NCBI GenBank assembly: GCA_951406725.2
Contig: OX597816.1
Location: 35,092,001-35,156,000 of the forward strand
Length of the DNA: 64,000 nt
From: Octopus vulgaris
Lineage: Eukaryota
Direction of reading: 5' to 3'
A program made the translations under genes and the position numbers. Below the pieces are notes generated by a model. The model worked only from the letters and a program-made list of their open reading frames with translations, made no database searches and was not told where the DNA came from. Every line of letters starts with the position of its first letter. Positions within the stretch are counted from its first letter, which is position 1. Below are positions 25,878 to 39,961 of the stretch, in pieces.

Positions 25878-26584
25878 ATCAGACCATATGACTTTCGACC
25901 ATTGTTTACTGGTCCAATTTGAATGATTTTTTTGGCCAACTGAAGACGTTTTTCCATATTCGCTTCAGAAACCCATGGCTTCTTCCGCGCTTTGCAGCCT
26001 TTCAGACTGTATACTACAAACCTTCTAACAGTTCAGGTTGATATTTGTGACGTACATGCCTCGTCGAAATCCGCACAGAGCTCTGACGATGTTTCTGAGC
26101 GGTTGATGGGTGATGGATCTGTCATCACGAGGTGATTTAACCTTTTTTTCTACCTGTTCTTTGTATAGCCCTTCCATCTTTTGTCTCTCTGAAGCGCTTG
26201 AGAGTCGTTTGCACCACACATCGAGAACATTTCATCTTCTGCGCAATTTGCTTTGAGACATTCCATCTTCATGATGAGCTACGATTTTATCTCACTCACA
26301 CTCACTCAACCTCCTTGTTTTTGGCATTTTACTGTTGATTAACTCTATTTACAACGTATTTTGGAATAAAACTCTGAAATAATGAAGGAAACATACGTTC
26401 ATTTTCGACGTATGTACAGTACAGTATAAAAGGGGTAATTGATGCTTAAGGAAGGTCAACCAGATATCAAAACCAATATATATTGTGAAATATGCCATAA
26501 TATACCATGTACACGAGTTTCATCAACATTGAGATAGCAGAACCCCAAAACATTGGGGTTGCCTAATACTTTTGGCCAAGGCTG
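25878..26584 (-). mobile_element. Tc1-like transposon, 5' half (decayed)
   Basis: TIR CAGCCTTGGCCAAAAGTATTAGGCAAC next to TA; translation includes ARKKPWVSEANMEKRL and WTSKQWSKVIWSD. Confidence 0.85.
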
Positions 26585-26610
26585 TATATATAGATAGATA
26601 GGTGTGTGTC

Positions 26611-26777
<167 letters not shown>

Positions 26778-26784
26778 CACGTTG

Positions 26785-27010
26785 GTCTAGTTCACTCAGC
26801 TGTAGAAATGAGTTGCGACGTCACAGGTGCCAAGCTGTATCGACCTTTGTCTTTCCCTTGGATAACACTGGTGGTGTGGAGAGGGAGGCTGTTATGCATG
26901 GGCGACTGCTGGTCTTCCATAAACAACCTTGCCCGGACTTGTGTCTAGGAGGGTAACTTTCTAGGTGCGATCCCATGGTCATTCATTACCGAAGGGGGTC
27001 TTTACCCCTT
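26785..27010 (+). mobile_element. Probable SINE body/3' fragment between microsatellites
   Basis: GC-richer block starting GTTCACTCAGCTGTAGAAATGAGT, similar to the core of the family D copies near 62350 and 62870 (reverse strand). Confidence 0.5.
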
Positions 27011-27055
27011 ATATGTATATATATATGTATGTGTGTCTCTGTGTGTGTATGTATG

Positions 27056-27165
<110 letters not shown>

Positions 27166-27656
27166 TAGGTAGATAGACAGCCAGACAGACAAGCAGAAAA
27201 ATAGATATATTCTTCATGTTTTGATTTCTGTCATTGAGCGACAAATTTTATCGTTATTTCCACGCACGATGAGGGTATTAAGCAGCTGCAATGCACATAC
27301 TTTCGTGCAGGCGCTGATATAAGATATTGTCTATGGGGAAACAGTCTAAGTGTAGTTGACGAGAAATATATCTCCAATAGAGCAGGGCTCAATTACGTCT
27401 GCTACAGAGAAAAGTATATATTTATTAACTGAAACAAATGCTTTAAATCCCAAATATTATTACTGTGAAAATTAACATTTTATTCGTAAACAGGTTTGCG
27501 TGTTGTTTTGAAGATAAATCAACGTCTTGCAGAAAGCAGATAAAATAAATTAAATAATTTCACCAGCACAAAACAGATTTATGGTAATCAAATCATGGAC
27601 TTATGAGATACGTTTCAATAATTTACCTGCTCTTAAATAACTAGGAATGTAAACAT

Positions 27657-28070
27657 TATAGTCGTGGCAATGTGGTAAGAAGCTTGCTTCCAACTACTTG
27701 GCTCAAGCTTGCATCGCACTGCGTGGCACCTTGGGATAGTGCCTCCTGCTATAGGTTTGTGGCGACGAAAGCCCTATGAGTGTATTTCGTACACGGAAAA
27801 AGCTCGTTGTACATGGATGTGCGTATATTTCCGTCTGTCTGTTAGTTTGTATGCGTCTTCGTGTCAGAGTGCCCCCCAGCTCCCATCACCGATTGACAAC
27901 AGGGATTCGTGTGATTACGTTCGAGTAACATAGCGGTTAGGCAAAAAAAAGCGATAAAATAATACACTTCAGAAAGAAGTCCTAGGGACGATTTGTACTA
28001 CTAAAACCCTTCAATGCGTTATACCAGCATGGTCTCAATCAAATAAATGAAACTATTGAAATGATAAAGG
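27657..28070 (+). mobile_element. SINE family A (degenerate)
   Basis: TGTGGTAAGAAGCTTGCTTCC...CTGCGTGGCACCTTGGG...CCAGCATGG. Confidence 0.8.
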
Positions 28071-28463
28071 AATCATTATTCATGAACACAAATAAGTATT
28101 TTTCACAACTGGCTGTTCAGTGCATTAAGTTACTATCAATTCAATTTGTAAAAGACACTATCTTTAATAATTATGAGCCTGCAGATGGACAGGCCTTCTA
28201 AAGTTCGACACAATAAATAAATCTTTTAAGGTATATATCTTATTTCCTCCAGTGATTAGACTGTGACCATGCTGGGACAACTCCATGGATTTTTGGTCGA
28301 AAGACTTTAACCCAGTACCTATTTTTCAATTGCATGTGCTAAATGTCAGAGGGGGATAGGATAAACTACCTGCATGAACCTTTAAAAGCAGGTAGTAATG
28401 TTATTCTTACTACAAGTTTTCAAGTGTGCTGTTCGATTTAAACAGTTATTTTTCGAAGCTATA

Positions 28464-29385
28464 ATGGAAGTGACGAAGGAACATATGCATAATATCTTGC
28501 TTTATAAATTCAATAAAGGCAACAAAGCAATGGAAGGTGCGAATAATATTAATGCAGTACATGAGGATCGGACAATAAATGTAAACCAGTGTCAACGAAC
28601 GGTTCCAGAGATTCCGAGTCAGAATCTACAGTCGAGAAGACGAGCCTCATCTAGGAAAATGTGTAGAACTCAACAAGGACTTCCTGCAAAATCTTGTGGA
28701 ACAAAATTCCTGTTGACGAACTAGCAGTGAAGATTGGATTTTGTCACTAAACTATTCATCGACACTTACGTGCCATCGAAAAAGTCAACAAATTAGGTCA
28801 AAATGTTCCTCACAAATTTTCCAAGTCTAACCACGCGCAGAGTGTGAATATGTGATCTTCTTTGCTGTCACATCTCACGAAAGAACCATTTTTGAACCGA
28901 ATAGTGACTGGTGACGAGACAGGGGATCTCTATAAAAATGACAAGTGCCGAAGACAGTGGGTAGGGAAAGGAGAAACATCGGTAACGCAGACTAAATATG
29001 GTCTTCACCCACGTAAAATGTCATCTGTTTGGTGGAATATGAAAGGCTTAGTCCACTTTGAACTTTTAAACCCAAACCAAACATTGACAAAAGAGATCTT
29101 GTGCGAGCAGATTTAGCGACTTAAATCAATGCTAAAAGAGAAAAACGACCGTCTTTGGTTTAACGATGACAGGTGTTCTTCTATCAGGATAATGATCGGC
29201 CACATACAGGGGGTATGACATTCCAAAGGCTGGATCACTTTGAATGGGAAACGACGACCCACCCGCTGTATTCACTGGACATGACCCCATCTGATTACCA
29301 TTCATTCCGAAGTCTTTAAAATCATTTGTACGGAAAAATATGAATCCTGTAGATGAGGTCAGAACAGTACTGGGGGAATATATGG
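28464..29385 (+). pseudogene. Mariner (DD34D) transposase pseudogene
   Basis: Translation includes MEVTKEHMHNILLYKF, FLNRIVTGDE, HPRKM..VWWNMKG, QDNDRPH and HPLYSLDMTPSDYHSFRSL, with many frameshifts and stops. Confidence 0.92.
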
Positions 29386-30289
29386 CTCGTTCTGAAATAT
29401 ATTAATAACCTTTCTTCTTCAGATTTCAGCAGATGCTAGTGTAATATAATACTCTATAGTTTCAGTGGAACTTAAAATAGGATTTTAGGAGTATGTTGAA
29501 AATTGGTATGGTGGAACGAATTCATTAATTGACTGATAGATACCAAGAAGAATATCCAAATTGCGAACAACGAGAAAGACATAAAGAAAAGTAATAAGTG
29601 TGAATAATGGGATCACTTCCTGGTGAAAAACCGTGAAAGGAAGCCCAGGTGTATCAAAGCTACGACGAAAGATTTTCGTTCAAGTGATTTAGTTCCACAT
29701 AAATTGGAATATGTTGGATTTAAAAGAACTAGAGAACGATACAATAATAAATAGACAGAATACATAAGATAGTTTATAATTTATAGCTAGAATATATTTC
29801 CGATGTGTTACGCGAGCAGAAAAGTGAAATGCGTCTCCATTCTAATGGATTTAATGTCTATTGATTACTTTTGACAAATTATGAATAATTGCTGAAGGAG
29901 ATGAATATATTGTAACCCTGATGAATGTTAATTTGGTATTCTATTATCCATTTTATAGAGACATATTGGTTTATAAATTTGTAGCTGTCGCGTCCACACA
30001 ATAAATCTACTCACTATATCTTCGAGTACGTATTAATGCAAATTAGATTTAGTGGTCTCAAAAGTAATCAGAGGAGACAATGCTTCAAACAATGAAATTT
30101 GTAAACGACAGAATGAGAAAATATATATCATCAAGAGGTTGAATGGATAGTTAAATATTAAATTCTCCTGTTACAACAGGACAGCTCCTCTTAGATATGC
30201 AAATATGCATACGTTGTTACATACACACACATCTCTCTCTATATCTATCTCTGCATATGTATGTGTGCATAAATAAATGCAGTGCATGG

Positions 30290-30291
<2 letters not shown>

Positions 30292-30324
<33 letters not shown>

Positions 30325-30335
30325 TATATATATAT

Positions 30336-30401
<66 letters not shown>

Positions 30402-30491
30402 GGATAGGTACATAGATAGATAGATAGGTATATAGATAGATAGATAAACAGATAGATAGATCGATGGGTATATAAATAGATAGATAGATAG

Positions 30492-30529
<38 letters not shown>

Positions 30530-30565
30530 ACAGATAGATAGATCGATGGATATATAAATAGATAG

Positions 30566-30621
<56 letters not shown>
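30292..30621. repeat. (TA)n/(GATA)n/(GA)n compound microsatellite
   Basis: Seen directly. Confidence 0.95.
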
Positions 30622-30622
<1 letters not shown>

Positions 30623-30642
30623 ACATGTAATATCATAATATA

Positions 30643-30900
30643 CAGGGGCTGGGCAAAATATTGGAAACACCTTAAATTTCAAGCAAATTTATTTTAATAT
30701 AGGGGTAGGACCGCATTTGGCAGTAATTAGAGCTTGAATTCTACGAGGTGTGGACGCGTAGAATGTTCGAATTCTTTCCAAAGGAATTTTTCTCCATTCT
30801 TCAGTTAAAATAGTCTCCAGTTTTTGTAGTGATAAGTGTAGAGGATATTGACTCCTTACTTGTTTTTTTCTAAAATGCACCATAAATCTCCAATAATATT
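30643..30900 (-). mobile_element. Tc1-like transposon 3' end with TIR
   Basis: TIR CAGGGGCTGGGCAAAATATTGGAAACAC after TA; translation EEWRKIPLERIRTFYASTPRRIQALITAKCGPT. Confidence 0.88.
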
Positions 30901-31348
30901 TATCACTTTACTGATGATATAACTGAAAATTCTTAAATGTGCTAAGCTTTCAAATAAGTATTAATAAACTGAATGGAGTCAGTGCCTCCCTACAGAAACA
31001 CAGAGGTGCACATCAACGCGTATATCTATATATATTTGTTTGAGATACATGACTAACATGTGTGTGTGTGAATTTCATCGTTATATTTTCTTGTATCCTG
31101 GAAGGGTCACAATAACTGCTTCATCGAAAATTTGCCAAAGAATTATGCTGGAATATTATTACAATATATAAGAAATGATGTATCGGAGACTTGTCGTTGA
31201 AAACACTGGAAAGTAACCGCTCACCAGTTTACAATTTAAGCATAAATTGAATTGCCAACTTAACCCTTATTTCAAAGAATATATGCCACCAATTGAAGAT
31301 GTTATTATTATTTCATACGCACACCTTAGTTAAAACAAAAATCAAAAA

Positions 31349-31762
31349 GATAATGTGGTTGTATAAAGTCAACATAACGTGACATTCCCGTAGAGGGAAA
31401 AACACCACCGCTATATAGCCCTAGGAAGCATCGACGCTTCTTGTCGGCTTTGACACATTTCCTGTGTCCTTATATTCGCAAAGGGGAGGCAAGCACCCCC
31501 ACTAGCTAGGATTAGCAACCTGAATACATGCATGTTTCTGGGTATTGCCCGACATCAGTTCAGGGTAGCGTGTCCCAGCTAGCGGTGATACTTACCAAGT
31601 CTTTGCGAATATATCTATTTACAGTGAAATTTATTCACTGGTCACCGTAATTAGAAATATTGAATTTCTAAATGTCTCAACGAGTCATGAGCGGTGGTGG
31701 AACGATAAAGTGGCTGTATAAAGTCGACATAACGTGACAGTCCCGTAGAGGGAATTACACCA
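31349..31762 (-). mobile_element. Retrozyme-like unit: 355-bp monomer plus 59-bp terminal redundancy, with a central HHR
   Basis: Direct repeats at 31349-31407 and 31704-31762; nested inverted stems surround a hammerhead motif. Confidence 0.65.
31519..31564 (-). ncRNA. Type I hammerhead motif (A9U substitution in this copy)
   Basis: Minus strand reads CCUGAA CUGAUGU C GGG CAAUA CCC A GAA ACAUGCAUGU A UUCAGG: 6-bp stem I and 10-nt palindromic stem III. Confidence 0.75.
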
Positions 31763-32231
31763 TATTATTACACCAAAGATAATGAAATAACAAATCCAAA
31801 TTGATCCGTCCAGAGTAAATGAAAAGAACAAAACAAGAAAAGGAGAATAATACATTTATCCGTAAAGAATAAGATAATATAGGAATCTCTAGATTCACGC
31901 ATTTATCAACACCTAAGGGGTTACGTGAAGTCATTTGTGGTGGCTGATCGCACAAAGAGCATTTACTTTATATTTTGATACTGATGTGTGCTATCTAAAT
32001 TTTGTCAAGATTTTATGCCTTCTAATTGGTCTATTAGCGCACTAGTTACTGTTACATATGCTAATATCAAAATATTTTTATTGCTATGATTATATTTATA
32101 GTATCACTACAAAAAATATTACTGGAATTACTATCTAATTGGTTAAGTCTCCAATTATTGGAATTATGCATGTAATTTTATTAATTATATGGCGTTGCTT
32201 ATGTATGTGTGTGCGTGTGTGTGTATGTATG

Positions 32232-32319
<88 letters not shown>

Positions 32320-32344
32320 TGAAGTGTATTTGCCATATAAATGT

Positions 32345-32540
32345 GGCTAACCACTAAGGGTGGATGCTAATGTAATGTAACTTGTAGCCCCAGGAGAACA
32401 TCTTCTCCAAATGGCTAATGACATACTTTCTGTGCCCTACCAGTATTTGAAAAAGGAAGCCGTCCTTCCCATCGTCGATCTGACGTCAGTGCACGACAAT
32501 CACCAGTCTTCGATGCGGAGGGGTCTCTCGTTCAGAGATT
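32345..32540. repeat. Diverged relative of part of the 31.4-kb unit, between TA tracts
   Basis: TAGCCCCAGGA...GGCTAATGACATACTTTCTGTGCCCT resembles TAGCCCTAGGA...GGCTTTGACACATTTCCTGTGTCCT at ~31416-31470. Confidence 0.45.
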
Positions 32541-32542
32541 TA

Positions 32543-32577
<35 letters not shown>

Positions 32578-32599
32578 AAGAAAGAGGGAAAGAGAGATT

Positions 32600-32660
<61 letters not shown>

Positions 32661-33907
32661 ATATATATCTTCGAAGCAAAGGTTACATAACCTAGAATTC
32701 GTATCATATTGGGAAACATTTCTTTTTATGAGGAATCTGAAGTTGTGTTATACATTCTTTTTCATTCAGATTCTGTATTTGGTTGCCGAGTGATGAGTTG
32801 TTCCTTTTATCTTTAATTTCAAATTACGTAACTTGAATATGCCATAGATTCTCCGTCTTTTTAGATAAAATTCGTTAAACATTACCATGTCGTTAATTTT
32901 TTTCGTTAATCGCTAGACTTAAGTAATTGCTTAAAGTACCATATCACAAACCTAATGAAAATCTGTGATATGTAATTAAATGTTCTAATCTTGCAGGCTC
33001 ATTTATCAATGCAATTATAAAGAGCGTATCTCATGGGGTATCACTTGTTTTAGCGAATGAAATGGTTTTAAATTGCATGCCTGATACTATAATGTAGACC
33101 TAGGAAGCGCACGTTATATTTAAATATATTCCTAATAATAACGCAGACGAAAATTATAGGAAGAACAACTGGGAACATGGGATAATAAGCAAAGAGGGAT
33201 CATCGGATACCTGCAAGAAACATAAACATGAAGGGTAAGAAATGCATTAAATCCACATGAAGAAATAGCAAGTATAGTACTACGTGTAAAATTGGAGAAA
33301 AATAACGAAAAAGGTAAAGTTAATATATACCTCAAAAGATGAATGTATAAATTGCCATCACCATAATAAGTAATATAGCAGTAGTATATTATGGTATAAC
33401 CCTGTATGTGGTCTCTAACTATCTTCTAAATATGTGAGAACTTTCTGAAATGCATTACATAAGCAATTCCAAGGATATGCAACTGACACAAGAGTAATAA
33501 TAGGGAACTTTTCCAAGAAAATATTAATACTAATAGTAAATTTGGTAGTGACAGAGAATACAGAAATAATCGTAACGATAAAAATATGTGGAATGCTTAC
33601 ACTAGCATATGTAACGGAAACGTTATCAATACGGGTTCCAAATTTGGGCTCCTGTCCAGAATTTTTAGATATGGGCTTCGTCGATGAAATGGTACTGTAT
33701 TGCTTTTTCTTTATTTATCTATCATCCTATCATGAGACTTTTAGTTTGTTATGCAATGCGGACATTAATGGAAATGATGCGGATGAAGTGTGTGGCTGCA
33801 GAAAGTGATGGCTTTTAATGAACATGAACTGGATTGATATGCTTTGTAGACTTCTTTTTATAGTACCACTCCCGATAATTTTGGGTCAGAACTTGAATAT
33901 ATATATA

Positions 33908-33955
<48 letters not shown>

Positions 33956-34599
33956 TATGTGTGTGAATGTGTGGGTGTTTAGGTGTTCAATTTAATTAAT
34001 TGAATAAGAAAAACGTGTATACGTTCTTATTAAGATGTATTTCTATTCTGGATATCGAGGTATTTGAAAATCTTGTTGATCAACCTAAATTCGCTTACGA
34101 CAAGAAGGATTTGATATAGTGCCTAGGAATATCGTAGAGAAGCACACACCACTGCACTACAGTTTGTAAATGAAATTATCGAATCGTTCCATTTTGCATT
34201 GTTCCGATACTCTAAATACCGTATCTGAGAAAAGGGAATACTAAGAGCGCTAAAAGAAATGGATAGAGAAAAGGTAAGTGTATAGGTTCCACATTGGCGT
34301 GTTTGATGAAAGAAAACATGTTTATAGTCATTTATCCGCCTGCAGTCTGTGATTCTACACCAAAACACATGCATAATACACGAACATTTTCCATTGAACG
34401 CTTTTGCAAATAATTAATTTGGATGTTTTTACTTTGAATACAAATTTATATTCGGCCTACTTACTTACAATATAAGTTTCTCTGCTGTTACATTGATAAA
34501 TGGTTTCTGCTAATCATTTTAGTGTCACACTATATAATTTAGATTTAATGTTGAGGAATGGTTCTCTTAGGTATACACTAACAAATATATAAAATGATA

Positions 34600-36335
34600 A
34601 TAAATAATAATGGAATTGTCGTAAACAGTGCTCAGGTGCACTACCAAATTCTTGGAAGCATGGGAATTTTGAAGGATGCAGTGTTTCGACAGCCAACAGG
34701 TTGTTTATTCCATGCTTCTACAATTCTGAATGGGAAAATATATTTCCGAATGTCATTGGTGTTGTGTTGTTGTGTTGTTTTTTTCACTTTGTATGCATGT
34801 CCACGGCTGATTGAAATAGAAAATTCAAAAAGGTGCTCAACGTTGTCGTTGGGAAGATGGTGCATTGTTTTGTGAGTTTCTTCCGAGTCAGTTGCCAAAC
34901 TTTTCAGCTTTAAAGTGCCCATGCCCAGGAAAGCAAAGCGTACAGATTATGTTCCAATCAAAGCGAGTGGTTTGGAGTTGGCAGTGCTTCTCCCCTCTGC
35001 CTATAAGAGACAGATTGGCAATGATCACAGCATGATTGGGGTCACATCGAGGTTCCTTGGTCGTAACACTGATATCAGTTTCGAGAGTAGTAGTAAACAG
35101 CAAATTGTTGTTACTTTTTTTTTTTAGGGTGGGTAAATATCTATGACCAGTTTGAGTCCAGAAATCATCTGGACTTTGTGGTTAATGAAAAGTTTCCCAA
35201 TCAATTTCAGGGTAGTTGAAGTCACCAGCAATAGATTCATAAGCGGCTGTTGTCCTTGATGCAGTCCTGAGAATTTCAAAAGCTGTGTGTTTTGATGGTT
35301 ATTTGCTGGGCGATAAACAACTCCAAGTATCAGGTTTGACACACTTATGCGTAATTTGCAAAAGAGCCACCCCTGTTGTAATTAGATCAAATCGCCACAA
35401 GAAATTGCTGAATGTAGATAAACACACCGCCTCTACGAACTTAAGAAACAAGTTGTAACCAACTATGCCAAAACCACCATCACAGTATAGAAAGTGTGCT
35501 CATCCTTCTGTGGGTGTGATGAAATCGGAGTCAATAATTTTGATGTAGGAGATAAAAAGGTGCACCTTGTTACACGACCTTCGGTCATTTAAATGTAGGA
35601 ATTTGAAATGGGATTTACCCCCATCATGACGATCTACAGATGATATATGTGTTTTGTAGTTCAGTGGCAACACTGAGGATAGTTTTGTATGGAGTTGTGT
35701 GTGTGTGGAGTGATGTTCTAAGTGTTGATGGTGGGTATGTGTTCCTAGAGTTTGGGATATACGACGTTGGATCTCCAGGTTTAGGTAGGTATTCATGTTC
35801 CCAACACAATTTAAAGAAAACGAATTTCCTCTTTGCCAAGTCATTTGATTGGATGATATACTGCGCATGTTCATTTATGGAGTGGTTTTTCCGTAGTTAT
35901 TTCTTCTTTGGTTGGTGTTAGGAAGTGGAATGCGGTTATATTTTGTTTTTGTTTCACTTACCCGTTGCAGTATATTTTCCATTTGTGTTGTACCTTTCAG
36001 ATGGTGGAAGTTGAATTCCAGGTTCTGGCATGTCTTTAGAGACAAAGGATTCTGCCACAGCTTCATATGGAAGAAGGTGCACCTAAGGCATTTTGTACAC
36101 CCACATTTAAGGTCAGGGCAATGGGATCTGTATTTGAGACATTATTTGGGGTGAAAGTATGTAAAATCTTTTCCATATTGACAGGTGTCTTTAATAATAC
36201 TATGACACACGGAGGATGGAAGAAAGGCACTAGCCATATGTTGATGGTGTTGTAGGGATAGAATGTACAGAAACCCTGATTATGAAAACGACAGGTTTTC
36301 TTGAAGTGGAGGAGGTTTTTCAATTTTGGCGTGCG
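34600..36335 (-). mobile_element. Internally deleted CR1/L2-group LINE (ORF1-like region, AP endonuclease, ORF2 3' end)
   Basis: Translations KFLHLN...DFITPTE, ILGVVYRP and GDFNYPEIDW (APE); RGHAYKV...RKYIFPFRIVEAWN...FK (CR1 C-terminus); Cys/His motifs at ~36150-36300. Confidence 0.8.
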
Positions 36336-36346
36336 GGGTAGAGGGA

Positions 36347-36349
36347 GTA

Positions 36350-36423
<74 letters not shown>

Positions 36424-36567
36424 TTGATGGTAGTGGTGGTGGTGGATATGGTGGTGGATATGGTGGTGGTTGCGGTTGTGGTGGCGGTAGTAGTAGTACT
36501 AGTGGTGATGTTCTTGTTAGTGGTGGTGGTACTAGTAATAGTAGTAGTGGTTGCCGTGGTAGTGGCT

Positions 36568-36621
<54 letters not shown>

Positions 36622-36622
36622 A

Positions 36623-36656
<34 letters not shown>

Positions 36657-36680
36657 TGCTGCAGTACCAGCAGCAGACTG
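36347..36680. repeat. Compound trinucleotide microsatellite (TAT/TAG/GTG/GCA)
   Basis: Seen directly; it explains the poly-T and poly-V ORFs. Confidence 0.95.
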
Positions 36681-36719
36681 CTGAAACGAATTCTGACCTG
36701 TCATGATAGAAGTAGTCTG

Positions 36720-37125
36720 AAGGCGGCGAGCTGGTAGAAACGTTAGCACGCCGGACGTGAAACGCTTCGCGATATTTCGTCTGCCACAACGTTCTGAGTT
36801 CAAATTCCGCCGAGGTCGACTTTGCCTTTCATCCTTTCGGAGTCGATTAAATAAGTACCAGTTACTGGGATCGATGTAATCGACTTAATCCGTTTGTCTG
36901 TCCTTGTTTTTCCCCTTTGTGTGTAGCACCTTGGGGGCAGTAAAGAAATAAGAAATGCTAGCATGCCGAGCGAAGAGTTCAAATTCCGCCGAGATTGACT
37001 GTGCCTTTCATCCTTCCGGGTTCTATAAATTAAGTACGTGTTGTGTACTGAGGTCGATCTAATCGACTGGCTCCCTCTCCACAAAGAATTTCGAGCCTTG
37101 TTTCCAAACTAGAAATTAATAGTAG
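36720..37125 (+). mobile_element. Two tandem SINE family B copies (36720-36953 and 36954-37125)
   Basis: GGCGGCGAGCTGGTAGAAACGTTAG head; GAGTTCAAATTCCGCCGAG occurs twice, with different tails. Confidence 0.88.
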
Positions 37126-37869
37126 TAGTTTGTTGTGGTGGTGACACGCAACTTACTATTGTAGGTTTTGGTTGTATTAGGTCAGACGGTGAAACCAAAG
37201 TATATGCTATTTGCTGCTGGCTGGTTGTTGAGTGGAGCCCTGAACTATTGTCAGATCCGTATAATTTCTAGTTTGTCAGTACTTTAGATATCCGACGACA
37301 ACTGAGAAAAGATTCACTTTATATTGAGAAAATTCAAAACGATATTAACCATTCCTCATGCTTTTGTATTATTTTTTTCTCATTCTTATGAATAACAAAA
37401 TCTACTATGAATATTAGAATACTTCTGCAAGTGTCATTTACAGAAAGTGCGATATGGATAGAAGAGTTATCTCCCTGAAGATATCAGTAGTTAAGATATA
37501 CTTCAAAATTACAAAGAATACATACTGCAAGAAATTGGATATGTCAACTGATATTTCTACAATAACTTTCTTAAGAATTTAGACAATATTCAGCATTGTA
37601 AACTATATTTCATATTCATAAACTATTCCCTTTAGAAGAAGATACTTTGGAGAAGAAAGACCATTACTTCAACATTAAATTATATATTTTCCTCACAATG
37701 GAAATTGTGAAGTGTGTATTTTTTTGTATATTTATTTCAAGGAATAATATATATTATTTAGTTTCATGAATACGATCGCTTTCGGCCACCCATACGCAGA
37801 TAATCACAGAAACGCACAGACGCATGCCTATATGCGTATGTATGTGTGTATATAAGCGTGTATATAAGC

Positions 37870-37961
<92 letters not shown>

Positions 37962-38079
37962 TTGTGTGTGAATGTGGTGTATGTGTTATTATAATATAAA
38001 TACAAAATAAATGTATGCATATATACATACATATATGTACATATCTACATATATATGTATATATACATGCATATATGGG

Positions 38080-39692
38080 TACAGGACATAAAAAAACGTA
38101 GACAGAATGAGAAAGAAAAACATAAAAACAAAAAGATAGAAAACGAACTTTTTTCCGAACGACGAAAAAAAGAACTAACAGAGAAACGAGACAGGTAACA
38201 TAAAGAACATTGCCCTTCATCAGTCGTCCCCTGTTTCATCTACTCCCCTTTCGAAAGTAAAGACAAGACGCTAGTTCATTAAAACAGTCCTTTCCGCAAA
38301 GCAAATTAAATAAAATATGGGGGCTTTGCGGAGGGTGAAAGTGTTAACAAAAACAGGACAGTGAGAACCAGACAATAAAAACAAACGGTGAGGGCTGTTA
38401 AGCCAAAACGATACCGTTCATAATTTTCAGGTGGAAGGGTCATTATGCCAATAATAATAAACTCATGCACTGGTACAATTTCACTTCTTTATTGTTAGTC
38501 AGTCGGTTAGTCATCAACCGATCGTTTGTTTAATCATCATTCGCTTAAACACTAAGTCGGATGTTTCTTTCAATGCTATTTGCGAATTCATCAATTCCAT
38601 GCCATCTCTCAAGAGACATTTCGGCCAAACAAAGACGCGTACACTAGCGAACATGGCAACAGAGAAACACGCCCGCATGCGCACAAGCACACACCCTATC
38701 GTTCCCTCCCTTCCTTTATCAGATATGTAACTCCATAAGCTATCACAAATCTTTATGGAATAACAGGCACATTCAAATATGATATGTAGTGGAGTGGGCA
38801 AGTCTGGAGTGGGCAAATCACAAAACGTAAATAACATGAAATACGTAGACAAACTTGGATATGCAAACAACGACAGAAACAACTGGAAAACACGACAAGT
38901 AAAATAAGGAACGACACATGATCAGTTATCGGCTGTCCATCTACTCCTCATTTGGGACAATTAACGGCAATATGAGGCTTCGAAATGCAGTTACCCCCAC
39001 AAACCAAAATAAAATTTGGGATTTGCGGTGGGTCAAAGATTGTAAGAAAAACAGGACAGCGGAGACATACAACAAACCAAACGAAACTAAAAATGGAGGG
39101 CCATTAGGCCAGACGAGGTAAGGAAGCGAAGGCTGAAGAATATTCTCTTTGACAAGAGAAAAGATAGAAGAGGTGACAGGTAAGAATGCGTCAGGTCTGT
39201 AAGGCAGACTGAAGGAAAAGAAATATGATCATGTCAGGAACAGAAAGATGGACGATGGTCACGCATGAGCAACGAGAGAGATTAAAGGAGAACGAGAGAG
39301 AGAGAGAGAGAGAGAGAGATTGAGACAGACAGACAGACAAATAGAAACGGTGAAGGGGAGAAAAAATTAATTAGAGAAAGGTTGAGAAGGAAAAAACCAA
39401 ACTGGGTAGAAGGGGAGAAAAAAGAATTAGAAGCAAGACAGAGAAAACGGAAGCGGGAGGTCATCCATGTTTATCTTCGTTTGGTTTGTTGTATGTCTCT
39501 ACTGTCCTGCTTTGTTATTGACTTTGAACCTCCACAAATCCCAAATTTCATTTTGATTTGCGGGAGCCGACAACTGATCAAGGGTTGTTCTTTATGTTAC
39601 TTGTCATGTTTTCCATTTGTTTCTCTCATTGTTTCCATACCCAAGTTTGTCTTCGTATTTCATGTTTTTTTACTTTTGGTGACGTTCTGTAC

Positions 39693-39700
<8 letters not shown>
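38080..39700. repeat. Three related repeat copies (38080-38400, 38820-39110, inverted 39460-39695), possibly Penelope-type terminal repeats
   Basis: Shared AAAATTTGGGATTTGCGG...AAAACAGGACAG...ACAACAAACCAAACG block in direct and inverted orientation. Confidence 0.6.
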
Positions 39701-39743
<43 letters not shown>

Positions 39744-39920
39744 CGTGATCACCGTGACCGACCAGGCTATCAGATGTTGCTAGACATCGCGGGTCACAAT
39801 GCGCTTCGCATTGTTTTAGCCTTCAAATGACGCCACTCTGCTGGCTAAGTGAGCAGGCCTCTGAAGAGATGCCGCTAAGCATTTCGTCCGATGTTCTAAC
39901 GATTCTGCAAATTCGCCGCT

Positions 39921-39961
<41 letters not shown>

